Shown: positions 37,203 to 46,885 of the stretch, piece by piece
Layout: every line of letters starts with the position of its first letter
Position numbering within the stretch: position 1 is the first letter of the stretch
Assembly: GCA_050015075.1 (NCBI GenBank)
Contig: JBEKCB010000006.1
Span: 96,001 to 160,000, forward strand
From: Candidatus Brocadiia bacterium
Lineage (GTDB): Bacteria > Planctomycetota > Brocadiia > CAIUPP01
Direction of reading: 5' to 3'
DNA: 64,000 nucleotides
Position numbers and translations under genes: made by a program
Notes under the pieces: model-generated
What the model was told of the DNA's origin: nothing
Database searches by the model: none
What the model saw: only the letters and a program-made list of their open reading frames with translations

Positions 37203-38039
37203 TCAAGCACGTGCGAGCGGCTCGTCGCCCACTTGAGCGATCAAACGCCGCGCGTATTCGACCGCGTCCAATTCGAGGTCGGCAATGCAGCTCGCCAGAA
37301 AGATCAAGCCTTCCACTCGTCCTGTCCTCAACCACTCAAGGCCCAGGCGGCATTGATGCTCCATCGCAGCCATCGGCATGGGCGCGCAGGCCCCGAAATC
37401 CCACATGTACAGGCCCAGCACCTTCCGCTTCTGCGGCGATAGTTCTTCGAGCCGGCGGAAGTTGCTCTCGAGGGCCTCGAGTTCCCTGGCCTGCCATGTC
37501 CAGAACGTGATCACGTCCACCGCGTCGAGGTGTTTCTGTATCGGCAGTGCAAGGCTCCGGGAATACGCGACGACGTACAGGTCCAATGGACGCCGGGCGG
37601 AGTGCAGTCGGCGTCTGAAGCCTTCGACCTGTTCCGCCGTGAAGCGCCCGGGAGCGGCCGGGTCATTGCGAAAGAAGTCGTCCATGATCCCGCCTGTCAC
37701 GTTGGGGAAATCCTCGGCCAGGGCGATGACTTCCTGCACGTCCGGCTGACGATCGTTGTCTTGCGAAGAGGAGTCCCCGATAATGGACCACACAATGCGT
37801 TTCAATGGGCGCAATGGAATAGCGTGCGGCCGGAATGGCGGCATCGGCTGGTTCGCGAACCGCACGATCATGATATTGGGGATTCCCATGTAGAATGCGC
37901 CCTCGGCCGGCGTCATGCGGGACATCCCCGGCAGGTTCCAGCAATTGTCCCGATGCCGATGGAAGCATCCGGCTTCCTGCCCCCAGATCCACAGAGCGTC
38001 ACGAATCGTTCCTGTCTTCGCGCCGCCTTTCGCTTTCAT
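37203..38039 (-). CDS. Conserved hypothetical protein (TIM-barrel-like)
   Basis: GGAG RBS; LWIWG, SRMTPAEGA, GGIMDDFF, LYMWDF motifs. Confidence 0.7.
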   Translation of the reverse strand: MKAKGGAKTGTIRDALWIWGQEAGCFHRHRDNCWNLPGMSRMTPAEGAFYMGIPNIMIVRFANQPMPPFRPHAIPLRPLKRIVWSIIGDSSSQDNDRQPDVQEVIALAEDFPNVTGGIMDDFFRNDPAAPGRFTAEQVEGFRRRLHSARRPLDLYVVAYSRSLALPIQKHLDAVDVITFWTWQARELEALESNFRRLEELSPQKRKVLGLYMWDFGACAPMPMAAMEHQCRLGLEWLRTGRVEGLIFLASCIADLELDAVEYARRLIAQVGDEPLARA

Positions 38040-38069
38040 CTGTTCTCCCTTCAGCCCGGAATCCTCGCC

Positions 38070-39230
38070 TCACCGGAACGTCTCGCGCATCCGGTCACAG
38101 TAGTAGCGCACGAGATCCCATTTCGCATCCGGGGCGAGGCGATGGTCCGGGCACGGGATGAAGCCGCCGAGCGCAACCAGCGGCTTGAGGCGCTCAATCT
38201 CGGCGTCCAAGGCTGCCTGGTCGTGGGCGAAAACGGTCTTGTTCATTCCGCCCACGCCCTTGACGGTCCGCCCGTACTGCTTTCGCCAGGGCGCCAGGTT
38301 GCCGTTCCACGTTCCCACTTCGATTGGGAACATGGTATTCACTCCGTTCTCCAGCCAGACCGGCAGCAGCGCGTCAATGCAGCCATCGCAGTCGAGTGAA
38401 ACGATGTCCAGGCCGTAGCGACCCGCTAAGTCCGTCAGGCGACGGTAGTGCGGGCCGATCTTCGCGCGGAAGACCCTGGGCGAGATCAGCGGACCGTTCT
38501 TGAAGCAGATGTCCTCCCAGAAATGCGCGAAGTCGAACCGTGCGCCGGCCTTCAGCGCGTATTCGCAACTCCGATAGCACAGGTCCGCTACGGTTTCGAC
38601 GATCTCGTCGAAAAGCGTCTCATCGTCGGCCTGAAGGTAGCACGCGCGCTCGATGCCGAGGATATCCCGGATGTGTCCGAAGAGGCTTCCGCAGTGGAGG
38701 CCGTAGACGAAGTCGCGCGCCGGGGTTGCGCGCTGAAGAGCCGACAGGCCGCCTTCGTTCCAACGCATGACGCCGGAACTGCCGTTGACCTGGCAGCCGG
38801 TCACGCGCTCCTCGGACCAGGCCAGCCGCCACTTGTAATGCTCTTCCCAGGAGGCGCGGTCCTTGAGCAGGTGGTCCACTTCCGCCGGGATGCCGGAGGT
38901 CTCCGGCTTCTGGACCACTACGGTCCCGATATTGGTCAGGACGTGCCTCGTTCCATCCGGGAACTCGCGGAGCACTTTCGATTCGAAAGCAGGGTTGAGG
39001 AGATTGTTCGGGTACAGGACGCTCTGCCAGGTCATGTCGAAGCCCAGCCGCGCGCCGATGGTCCTGTCCATCGGGGAGCCGTCGCTCCAGCTCCGCGCCT
39101 CCTCCTCGGTAATGTGTCCCTCTTTGGCCCACTTCAGGAGCGTCTCGTCCCAGAAGCCGAAATGAACCAGCGGCATCCGGTCATAGGGTTGAAAACGCAG
39201 GACGGCCAGAGCGCGTTCGCGATTGGTCAT
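38070..39230 (-). CDS. Uroporphyrinogen decarboxylase (URO-D)/MtaA-like family protein
   Basis: MTNRER start, WEDICFKNGPLISP, DCDG, FPIE, GGFIPCPDH. Confidence 0.85.
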   Translation of the reverse strand: MTNRERALAVLRFQPYDRMPLVHFGFWDETLLKWAKEGHITEEEARSWSDGSPMDRTIGARLGFDMTWQSVLYPNNLLNPAFESKVLREFPDGTRHVLTNIGTVVVQKPETSGIPAEVDHLLKDRASWEEHYKWRLAWSEERVTGCQVNGSSGVMRWNEGGLSALQRATPARDFVYGLHCGSLFGHIRDILGIERACYLQADDETLFDEIVETVADLCYRSCEYALKAGARFDFAHFWEDICFKNGPLISPRVFRAKIGPHYRRLTDLAGRYGLDIVSLDCDGCIDALLPVWLENGVNTMFPIEVGTWNGNLAPWRKQYGRTVKGVGGMNKTVFAHDQAALDAEIERLKPLVALGGFIPCPDHRLAPDAKWDLVRYYCDRMRETFR

Positions 39231-39412
39231 GACGCCGGCATCTCCTTGAGGGACATGGAACACTTCCGGGAGTTTCGGCAGGAAATCTCCCTTCGCTGGT
39301 CAGCCTGACGAGCACTCACAAGAGCCCTTTCGCAAAAATGCGCGAGCGGAGAGACGATCCACTGAAAGTCAACCGGCTGAAAGCCGGTGGGATTCGACCC
39401 GGTGCACGGAAC

Positions 39413-40621
39413 CTAAACGAGATTCAGCCCATACCAGGGCGTCGGCAGCGGGAAAGCCGGTTGCAGTTTTTCGATGACGGAGGCCGATCCCTCGAAGGCG
39501 GGCGGATTCGAGTCCGGCGCGCCGAAGAGGAACCGCGCCACTTCCGCGCGGCCGACGATGCAGGCTTCGTCCGGCCCCAGCGCGATGTGCAGCCGGTCGC
39601 CGGCGCCGGAACGCGAGCCGGGTCCCTCGCCCGATTCGGAGAACCGGAGCGCGCTTCCGGCGAGCGCGGGTCCGCAAATGCTGTTAATGCGCGGCCGGAG
39701 CTTCTCCATGCACGCGGCCATGCGCAGAGGCAGGAAAGTCCCGAAGGCCGTTTCCAGTTTTCCCTCGGAGCGCGCGGCGGCCGCAAACGCCTCGCGTCCG
39801 GCCAAGTCCCAGTCGCCGACGTGCGCCTCGACGAGCGGGACGCCCATTTTCGACGCCGCCTCGGGCAGGGCGCGCGCGGCGTCCATCCGGTCGCCGGCGA
39901 ATTCCGCCAGGAGCGTGGCCTGCTTTTCCGGGCGCGGCTCCTGGATGACCAGGTACGCGCTGAGGCGCTCCGACCTGAACAAGCCCCAGAAGCGCGCCTT
40001 CCAGTTCATGACGAAGCGGTTTTTCGCCGCGCGCAGCCAGGTGTCGCGAGTGCGCAGAAAGCGCACCGGCTCGCGCTCGTAAAGCGCCGCCGCGGCGGGC
40101 TCGTCCGCAAGGGAGATCTCCCGGATGGTCAGATCGGCCGGCACCGATCTGCGCGTTCGACCGGGCTCACGGCAGGCCACCTCAGCCGTCAAAGGGCCGC
40201 CGGCGGCGACTTGGTAAACCCATTCTCGGCCCACGGCGGCTGAGCCGCGAGAGGTGTAGAGGCCCCGGCCGCCGGAAATCCAAGCGAGATCGTTCCCCTC
40301 GCGCGCCGCCTGGTCGAGCGCGAAATCCAGACAGCGCGTCGCGCAGCCTCTGCCGCGGCATTCCACCGCCGTCGCGACCAACCCGACGAGTGCCAGCGCC
40401 AGCGGCACCCCTTCAAACGAAATATGCTCCGCCGCCATCCCGACGTGCGAGACGATATCGCCGCCCTCGGTAATCACGATCAACCGTCCAACGTTGGCTT
40501 CGTTCAGGACCTGCGGGAACTCTTCACCGATGTCCGCCGGAAGTCCGGCGTGGTACATGCGGTTCATGAAACGGACCAGCGAGGGAAGTTCCTCGGCGCG
40601 GATCGGGCGCGGTCCTTCCAT
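39413..40621 (-). CDS. GNAT family N-acetyltransferase (Eis-like)
   Basis: ATG after GGAGAGG; VGLVAT..CRGRGCAT acetyl-CoA motif, ISGGRGLY. Confidence 0.8.
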   Translation of the reverse strand: MEGPRPIRAEELPSLVRFMNRMYHAGLPADIGEEFPQVLNEANVGRLIVITEGGDIVSHVGMAAEHISFEGVPLALALVGLVATAVECRGRGCATRCLDFALDQAAREGNDLAWISGGRGLYTSRGSAAVGREWVYQVAAGGPLTAEVACREPGRTRRSVPADLTIREISLADEPAAAALYEREPVRFLRTRDTWLRAAKNRFVMNWKARFWGLFRSERLSAYLVIQEPRPEKQATLLAEFAGDRMDAARALPEAASKMGVPLVEAHVGDWDLAGREAFAAAARSEGKLETAFGTFLPLRMAACMEKLRPRINSICGPALAGSALRFSESGEGPGSRSGAGDRLHIALGPDEACIVGRAEVARFLFGAPDSNPPAFEGSASVIEKLQPAFPLPTPWYGLNLV

Positions 40622-40964
40622 TGATCGGTCCTCTCCATCAAAACTTCGGGTTGCCTGAATGGCGGCATCTTCAGCCGCCTGGCAGCGCCTTGGATGGCGT
40701 TTGGTCGCCAGCCATCTTCCGGCCGACAGCATTGTACGCTCATGTAGCCCGCTTTCAAGCGGCATCGCAGATGCTTGGGTTCGTTTTTTCGGATAGGCTT
40801 ATCGAGCCGAGCGTTCTTTCAGCGGCCTGCCCGCGATGGCGTCATGAAAGCGAGCAGTTTGCCGGCATGCGCGGCCGGTTCGACATCATTCCGGCCCGTT
40901 GCGGCCCCATGGCGACGGCATGGCGGCGGCATGAAAGCGGCATAGCTATCAGGAATAGTCTGAT

Positions 40965-40980
40965 TGTTCCACGTGAAACA
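40965..40980. promoter_or_regulatory. parS centromere-like site (ParB binding)
   Basis: TGTTCCACGTGAAACA matches the consensus TGTTNCACGTGAAACA; intergenic. Confidence 0.85.
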
Positions 40981-41140
40981 ATTTATAAAACATCTTATGT
41001 TCCTGCCGGGATTTCGGGGGCGCTGCGCGAGAGTTGACCACGGAGGGCGTCAGCCGGTACAGTGTCGTCGCCATGGCGGAATCGGGCCAACGCCAGTTGT
41101 GAGATCAGCAGGCAGGCGCTCATCGAGGCGGACCGGACTT

Positions 41141-42274
41141 ATGAACAGGCGCGAGCGGCTGACGGCGACGCTGGAGGGCCGGCCGGTGGATCGGCCGCCG
41201 GTGAACTTTTACGAGATCAACGGCCTCGACGAGGACCCCGCGAACACGGACCCGTTCAACATCTATTCCCACCCGTCCTGGAAGCCGCTGCTCGACCTGG
41301 CCCGCGAGAGGACCGAGCGCATCGTCATGCGGTCGGCCCATTTCCGGAACCTAGGCCCAAGCCCGCTGGACGATGCGACGGCGACGAGGACCGAATTCGA
41401 AAACGGCAGCCGCATCACGACCCGGACGGTGCGGGCGGGCGCGCGCACGCTGACCTCGCGCAGCCGCCGCGACCCGGACGTGAATACCACGTGGGTCCTG
41501 GAGCCGCTGCTCAAGGACGCCGAGGACATCCGGGCGTGGCTCCAGATTCCGGCGGACGAGCGCGCCGGCGAGGTGGACGTTCAGCCGATCCTCGACGCGG
41601 AGCGACAGTTGGGCGACAGCGGTATCGTCATGCTGGACACAGCCGACCCGCTCTGCCTCGCAGCGGGGATGTTCGACCTGGGGCAGTTCACCGTCCTCGC
41701 CCTGACGGAGCCGCGGCTGTTCCATCGCCTGCTCGAGTGGCACGCCCGCGCGCTGTGGCGTCGGACCGAAGCGGTCGCCGAGACGCTGCCCGGCCGGCTG
41801 TGGCGTATCTTCGGGCCGGAATATGCCTCGCCGCCCTACCTGCCGCCCGCGCTTTTCCGCGAGTACGTCATCCAGTACGACGAGCCGATGGTGCGGGCGA
41901 TCCAGCGGCGCGGCGGCTTCGCACGGATCCACTGTCACGGCAAACTGAAGGCGATCCTGAACGCCATCGCGGAGACCGGCTGCACAGGGCTCGACCCGAT
42001 CGAGCCGCCGCCCCAAGGCGACGTGGAACTCGCCGAGGTCCGCCGCGCGTACGGCCGCCAGTGGGTTCTCTTCGGCAACCTCGAGGCCAGCGACATCGAG
42101 AACCTGAACACCCGCGATTTCGAGCGGAAGGTCCGCAAAGCGATCGTCGAGGGAACCTCCGGAGAAGGCCGCGGCTTCGTGCTAATGCCCTCCGCCTGCC
42201 CGTATGGCCGAAGGCTGAGCGACCTGGCGCTGCGGAATTACGAGAAGATGGTCTCCGTCGTCGAGCAACTGTGA
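41141..42274 (+). CDS. URO-D/methylcobamide methyltransferase-like family protein
   Basis: MNRRERL..VDRPP, GPEYASPP, IHCHG, DPIEPPPQGD, LFGNLE, FVLMPSACP. Confidence 0.82.
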   Translation: MNRRERLTATLEGRPVDRPPVNFYEINGLDEDPANTDPFNIYSHPSWKPLLDLARERTERIVMRSAHFRNLGPSPLDDATATRTEFENGSRITTRTVRAGARTLTSRSRRDPDVNTTWVLEPLLKDAEDIRAWLQIPADERAGEVDVQPILDAERQLGDSGIVMLDTADPLCLAAGMFDLGQFTVLALTEPRLFHRLLEWHARALWRRTEAVAETLPGRLWRIFGPEYASPPYLPPALFREYVIQYDEPMVRAIQRRGGFARIHCHGKLKAILNAIAETGCTGLDPIEPPPQGDVELAEVRRAYGRQWVLFGNLEASDIENLNTRDFERKVRKAIVEGTSGEGRGFVLMPSACPYGRRLSDLALRNYEKMVSVVEQL

Positions 42275-42299
42275 AGCGAACCTGGTCGGGAGACGGCGA

Positions 42300-43481
42300 G
42301 TGAAGAAAGTCGCGGCGCTTGCGCGAAAGAAGACGCTGCGGGTTGCCGGGCTGATGTCCGGCACGTCGGCGGACGGCGTCTCCGCGGCGATTGTCGAGAT
42401 CGCGTCCCGCCGCGTCCGCACGCTGGCGTTCCGCACGTTCCCGTATCCGCCGAGAATCCGGAAGCGCGTTTTCGCGCTGTTCCAGCCGGGGACGGCGCGG
42501 CTGGACGAGATCTGCCGGCTGAATTTCCTCCTCGGCGAACTGTTCGCCGCGGCGCTGATTGCGCTCGCGAGATCGAGCCGGATACCGCTCCGCTCGATTG
42601 ACCTGGTCGGCTCGCACGGGCAGACGATTTGTCACCTTCCGCAGGCCGGACGGTCCGGCCGGCGGAACGCGGGCTCGACGCTCCAGATCGGCGAGCCGTC
42701 CGTGATCGCCGAGCGGACCGGGATCACGACCGTGGCGGACTTCCGCCCGCGCGACATCGCCGCCGGCGGCCAGGGCGCGCCGCTGGTCCCTTACGCCGAC
42801 TTCCTGCTCTTCCGCCATCCGCGCAGGAGCCGCGCGATCCAGAACATCGGCGGCATCGCGAATGTGACGTGGCTACCGGCGCGGCCGAAGATCGGCGACC
42901 TGATCGCATTCGACACCGGGCCGGGCAACATGATGATGGACCGCATTGCCCAGCGGATAACGCGCGGCAAGCAGGACTACGACGACGGCGGCTGGCTGGC
43001 GCGGCGCGGACGCATTGACGCGTCGCTGCTGGCCGAACTGCTGGCGCATCCTTTTCTTCGGCGTCGGCCGCCCAAGTCCACCGGCCGCGAGGAATTCGGA
43101 GTCGCGTTCGCCGATGAGCTTTTCCGGCGCGCGAGAAGTGCCGGCGTCGCGCCGCTCGACATCCTGGCGACGCTCAACGCCTTCACCTCGGCGAGCATCC
43201 GGGATGCGTATCGGCGCTTCCTGCCGAAGTGGCCTGACGAAGTGATCCTCTGCGGCGGCGGCGCGCGAAACCGGCTGCTGGTGCAGCGGTTGAAGGCCGA
43301 CCTCCGGCCGGCGAAGGTGGTCGTGATGGACGAACTCGGACTCCGCGCGGACGCGAAGGAGGCCGTGTCGTTCGCGCTCCTCGCCCGCGAGACGATCCGC
43401 GGCGTGCCGAACAATGTGCCGTCGGCGACCGGCGCGCACAAGCCCGTCGTTCTCGGTAAGATAGTTCCGGGGAACCGATGA
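42300..43481 (+). CDS. anmK: Anhydro-N-acetylmuramic acid kinase
   Basis: GLMSGTSADG, GSHGQT, DFRPRDIAAGGQGAPLVP, NIGGIAN, FDTGPGN, PKSTGRE, KEAVSFA. Confidence 0.96.
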   Translation: MKKVAALARKKTLRVAGLMSGTSADGVSAAIVEIASRRVRTLAFRTFPYPPRIRKRVFALFQPGTARLDEICRLNFLLGELFAAALIALARSSRIPLRSIDLVGSHGQTICHLPQAGRSGRRNAGSTLQIGEPSVIAERTGITTVADFRPRDIAAGGQGAPLVPYADFLLFRHPRRSRAIQNIGGIANVTWLPARPKIGDLIAFDTGPGNMMMDRIAQRITRGKQDYDDGGWLARRGRIDASLLAELLAHPFLRRRPPKSTGREEFGVAFADELFRRARSAGVAPLDILATLNAFTSASIRDAYRRFLPKWPDEVILCGGGARNRLLVQRLKADLRPAKVVVMDELGLRADAKEAVSFALLARETIRGVPNNVPSATGAHKPVVLGKIVPGNR

Positions 43482-44392
43482 AAACGCTCAAGGACCGCGC
43501 AAGGCTGACGACGGAAAAGCGGAACGTCCGCAGCCGGGAAATTGACCGGCGCTCCACGCTGGAGATCGTGGCCATCATCAACCGCGAGGACATGCAGGTT
43601 GCGCCCGCTGTGGCCAGAGAGCGGAAACGGATCGCGGCGGCCGCGGACCTCATCGTGAAGAGCTTCCAGCGCGGCGGGCGGCTGTTCTACGTCGGAGCGG
43701 GGACGAGCGGGCGGCTCGGCGTGCTCGACGCCTCCGAATGCCCGCCGACGTACGGCACGCGGCCGTTCATGGTCCAGGGAATTATCGCCGGCGGCGCGCG
43801 GTCGCTCCGGCGCGCGGTCGAGGGCGCGGAGGACGACGCCGAGGCCGGCGCGCGGGCGCTCGACCGGAGAAGGCTCAAGCCGCGCGACGTGGTCGCGGGA
43901 ATCTCCGCCTGCGGGCTGGCGCCGTTCGTGCGCGGGGCGATGGAGCGCGCGAGGCAGATCGGCGCGGCCACCATCTTCGTGACCTGCGCGCCCGAGGCGA
44001 GGAAGCTGCTCCGCGCGGACGTCGTCATCAATCCAGTCCCCGGCCCCGAAGTCCTCGCCGGCTCCACTCGCATGAAGGCGGGCACCGCGACCAAGCTCGT
44101 ACTCAATACGCTGACGACGACCGCCATGATCCGCTGCGGCAAGGCGTACGGCAACCTGATGGTGGACGTGCGGGCCGGAAGCGAGAAACTGCGCGACCGC
44201 GCGGAACGGATCGTCATGGCGGTGACCGGCGTCGCCCGCCCGCGCGCGAGGCGGTTGCTGAAGAAAGCTCGCGGCCGCGCGAAGGTCGCCATCGTCATGC
44301 AGGCTCGAAAGATCGGTTTCGACGCCGCCGTGAAACTCTTGAAGCAGGCCGGCGGCTCGCTCAGGTCCGCCTTGGAGAACCAGCCGAGATGA
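43478..44392 (+). CDS. murQ: N-acetylmuramic acid 6-phosphate etherase
   Basis: TEKRN, GAGTSGRLGVLDASECPPTYG, EGAED, GSTRMKAGTATK, NLMVDV. Confidence 0.96.
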   Translation: MKTLKDRARLTTEKRNVRSREIDRRSTLEIVAIINREDMQVAPAVARERKRIAAAADLIVKSFQRGGRLFYVGAGTSGRLGVLDASECPPTYGTRPFMVQGIIAGGARSLRRAVEGAEDDAEAGARALDRRRLKPRDVVAGISACGLAPFVRGAMERARQIGAATIFVTCAPEARKLLRADVVINPVPGPEVLAGSTRMKAGTATKLVLNTLTTTAMIRCGKAYGNLMVDVRAGSEKLRDRAERIVMAVTGVARPRARRLLKKARGRAKVAIVMQARKIGFDAAVKLLKQAGGSLRSALENQPR

Positions 44393-45870
44393 TCGCGCCA
44401 ACGGCCGAGTCCGCGCCGGTCAGCACGCTCGCGCCGCTGGATTTTCTGGTCGTCGGCGTCGCTCTGGCGCTGCTGGGACTGATCGCCTACGTGGCCGGTC
44501 GCAAGGAAAAGGACACGCGCGATTTCTTCCTCGGCGGCCGCAGCGTGCCCACCTTCATTGCGACGCTGTCGTTCGTCGCCGCGGAAATCAGCGCGTTGAC
44601 CGTGATCGGCGTGCCCGCCGTCGCCTACTCGGAGAACTGGCATTATCTCCAGTTCTTCGTCGGCTCAGCGGCCGGGCGAATCTTCGTGGCGTTCCTGTTC
44701 ATCCCGGTGTTTTACAGGCACAACTGCACGACGGTTTTCGAGTTCCTGCGGGACCGGTTCGGCGCGGAAACGGAGTACGCCGGCTCGGCGTTCTTCTTCA
44801 TCACACGGCTGCTCGGCGCCGGCGTTCGGCTCTACGCGGCGTGCCTGGGCATCTCGCTCATCATGGGCTGGAGCCTCGCGCAGGCCATCCTGGTCTTCAC
44901 CGCCATCAGTATCGCTCTCATCGGGTTCGGCGGGATCAAGGCGGTGGTCTGGACGGGCGCATTCGAGGCGTGCGTCTTCTTCCTCGCCGGCGCGCTCGTC
45001 GGGAGCTGGCTGCTCCTGCACATTGACGGAGGGCTGGCGGAGGCGTGGCGCGTCGCGGGCGCGTCGGGGCGGCTCAGCGTGTTCAACTTCAAACGCGACC
45101 TGGGCGACCCCACGACGTTCTGGGCCGGGACGGCGAACGCGTTCTTCGTGAGCCTGGCCGTTTTCGGGGCCGACCAGGAACTCGTCCAGCGCTTGCTCAC
45201 CGTTCGGACGCGGCGTTCCTCGCAGAAAGCGCTCATCTCGACCATTCTCGCCGCCCTGCCGCTGCTGTGCTGCTATCTTTCGCTCGGCACGCTGCTCTTC
45301 GTCTTCTACCAGCAGCGCGGCCAGCCGGCGCTCGGCAAGCCCGACGAAATCCTCGGCTGGTGCGTGACGCACACGCTGCCGGCGGGGCTCAAAGGACTGG
45401 TGCTCGCCGCGATCGTCATGACCAGCATTGACTCGCCGTTGAGTTCGCTCTCCACCTCCTTCGTCACGAACCTGTACCGCCCGCTGATCCACAAGTCCGG
45501 CTCGGAGAAGCATTACTTGTGGGTCTCGCGCGCGGGCATCCTGGGCTTCGGGCTGATCCTCATCGCCCTGGCGCTGGCGTGCCGGTCGGTCGAGAAGGCG
45601 CTATGGCTGGCGTTCCAGATCGTCAGCATCCTCAGCGGCAGCACGCTGGGCGTTTTCCTGCTCGGCATTCTGACGAAGCGGCGCTCAAACGCCGCAAATA
45701 TCGTCGCGATGGTCCTCAGCGCGTTGACCTGCGCGGAGCTGTTCTTCCTCTCCGCAACCGGAGCCATTTCGCTCGGCTGGAGCTGGCTGATCGTGATCGG
45801 CACGGCCGAGACGTTCGTGCTGGCGTATCTGCTCGGCCCGGCGATGGAGAGTGAAGTTCCGCCGGCCTGA
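44389..45870 (+). CDS. Sodium:solute symporter family transporter
   Basis: ATGA overlap with murQ; DFFLGGRS, SALTVIGVP, GGIKAVVWT, DQELVQRLL; about 13 TM segments. Confidence 0.9.
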   Translation: MIAPTAESAPVSTLAPLDFLVVGVALALLGLIAYVAGRKEKDTRDFFLGGRSVPTFIATLSFVAAEISALTVIGVPAVAYSENWHYLQFFVGSAAGRIFVAFLFIPVFYRHNCTTVFEFLRDRFGAETEYAGSAFFFITRLLGAGVRLYAACLGISLIMGWSLAQAILVFTAISIALIGFGGIKAVVWTGAFEACVFFLAGALVGSWLLLHIDGGLAEAWRVAGASGRLSVFNFKRDLGDPTTFWAGTANAFFVSLAVFGADQELVQRLLTVRTRRSSQKALISTILAALPLLCCYLSLGTLLFVFYQQRGQPALGKPDEILGWCVTHTLPAGLKGLVLAAIVMTSIDSPLSSLSTSFVTNLYRPLIHKSGSEKHYLWVSRAGILGFGLILIALALACRSVEKALWLAFQIVSILSGSTLGVFLLGILTKRRSNAANIVAMVLSALTCAELFFLSATGAISLGWSWLIVIGTAETFVLAYLLGPAMESEVPPA

Positions 45871-45997
45871 TCAGCGGCCGAACGCCCCGCGCTTTGCTTA
45901 TACGCCCATGGAAGGTATAATATACAATGTGGCGGTTTGTGACGCGCATGGCCCCGGTCGTGCGGGAAATTCCGGATTCAAGTTGAAGGGATGGCGG

Positions 45998-46849
45998 ATG
46001 GACAAGTTTCCACGAACTCTGGTCGGCGGCGTTTCGCTGCCGCGGATGATCGTCGGGACGAATTGGTTCCTCGGCTGGTCGCACCAGAGCGGGGCGAAGA
46101 ACAAATTCATCAAGTCCTTCCAGACGCGCGAGCGGATCGCCGAGTTGCTCGGGGTCTTCCTGGACGCGGGCGTGGACGCGATCATGAGCCCGATTTCGCC
46201 GATGCTGCGCGACGCGATCCGCGACGCGGAAGACCGCGCCGGCCGCAAGATGATCTCGATCCTCACTCCCGATTTCAACCTGACGGCGGGCGGGCCGCCG
46301 GAGCAGGAACCGGAGCGCGTGTTCGACGTCTGCCGCGAAATGGGCGGCACGTTCTGCATGCCGCACCAGTGCGTGACCGACGCGCTCACCGACCGGCGCG
46401 CGCGCGTGATCCGCGACCTCGACCGCTACACGAAAATGATCCGCGAGCGCGGCATGATCCCCGGCCTTTCCACGCACATGCCGGAAGTCGTCCCCTATGC
46501 CGACGCCATGAATGCGGACGTCGAGACCTACATCCAGATCTACAACGCCGCCGGCTTCCTGATGCAGGTCGAGGTGGACTGGGTCATGAAGATCATCGCC
46601 GAGGCGAAGAAGCCGGTGATGACCATCAAGCCCTTCGCCGCCGGCCGGCTCATCGTCCCCGTCGGCCTCGCCTTCGTCTGGAGCACCATCCGCGAGCAGG
46701 ACATGGTCACCGTCGGCACGACCACGCCGGACGAAGCGAAGGAGGTCATCTCCATTTCGCTCGACCTCCTCAGCCGCCGCCAGCCGACCATCGAGCTCCA
46801 GAAGACGCGGAGCAAACGGTCGCTCGAGCCGGCGAGGAGCGGAACGTAA
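45998..46849 (+). CDS. Conserved hypothetical protein, aldo/keto-reductase-like barrel
   Basis: LPRMIVGTNWFLGWSH, PGLSTHMPE, MTIKPFAAGR. Confidence 0.7.
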   Translation: MDKFPRTLVGGVSLPRMIVGTNWFLGWSHQSGAKNKFIKSFQTRERIAELLGVFLDAGVDAIMSPISPMLRDAIRDAEDRAGRKMISILTPDFNLTAGGPPEQEPERVFDVCREMGGTFCMPHQCVTDALTDRRARVIRDLDRYTKMIRERGMIPGLSTHMPEVVPYADAMNADVETYIQIYNAAGFLMQVEVDWVMKIIAEAKKPVMTIKPFAAGRLIVPVGLAFVWSTIREQDMVTVGTTTPDEAKEVISISLDLLSRRQPTIELQKTRSKRSLEPARSGT

Positions 46850-46885
46850 CCGCCTGTCGCGCCTCCCCGATTGGAGAAGACTCGA

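Noticed and set aside
39250-39265. Additional parS-like half sites (also near 60851)
   Set aside because: Only one half (TGTTCCA) matches; the second arm is absent.
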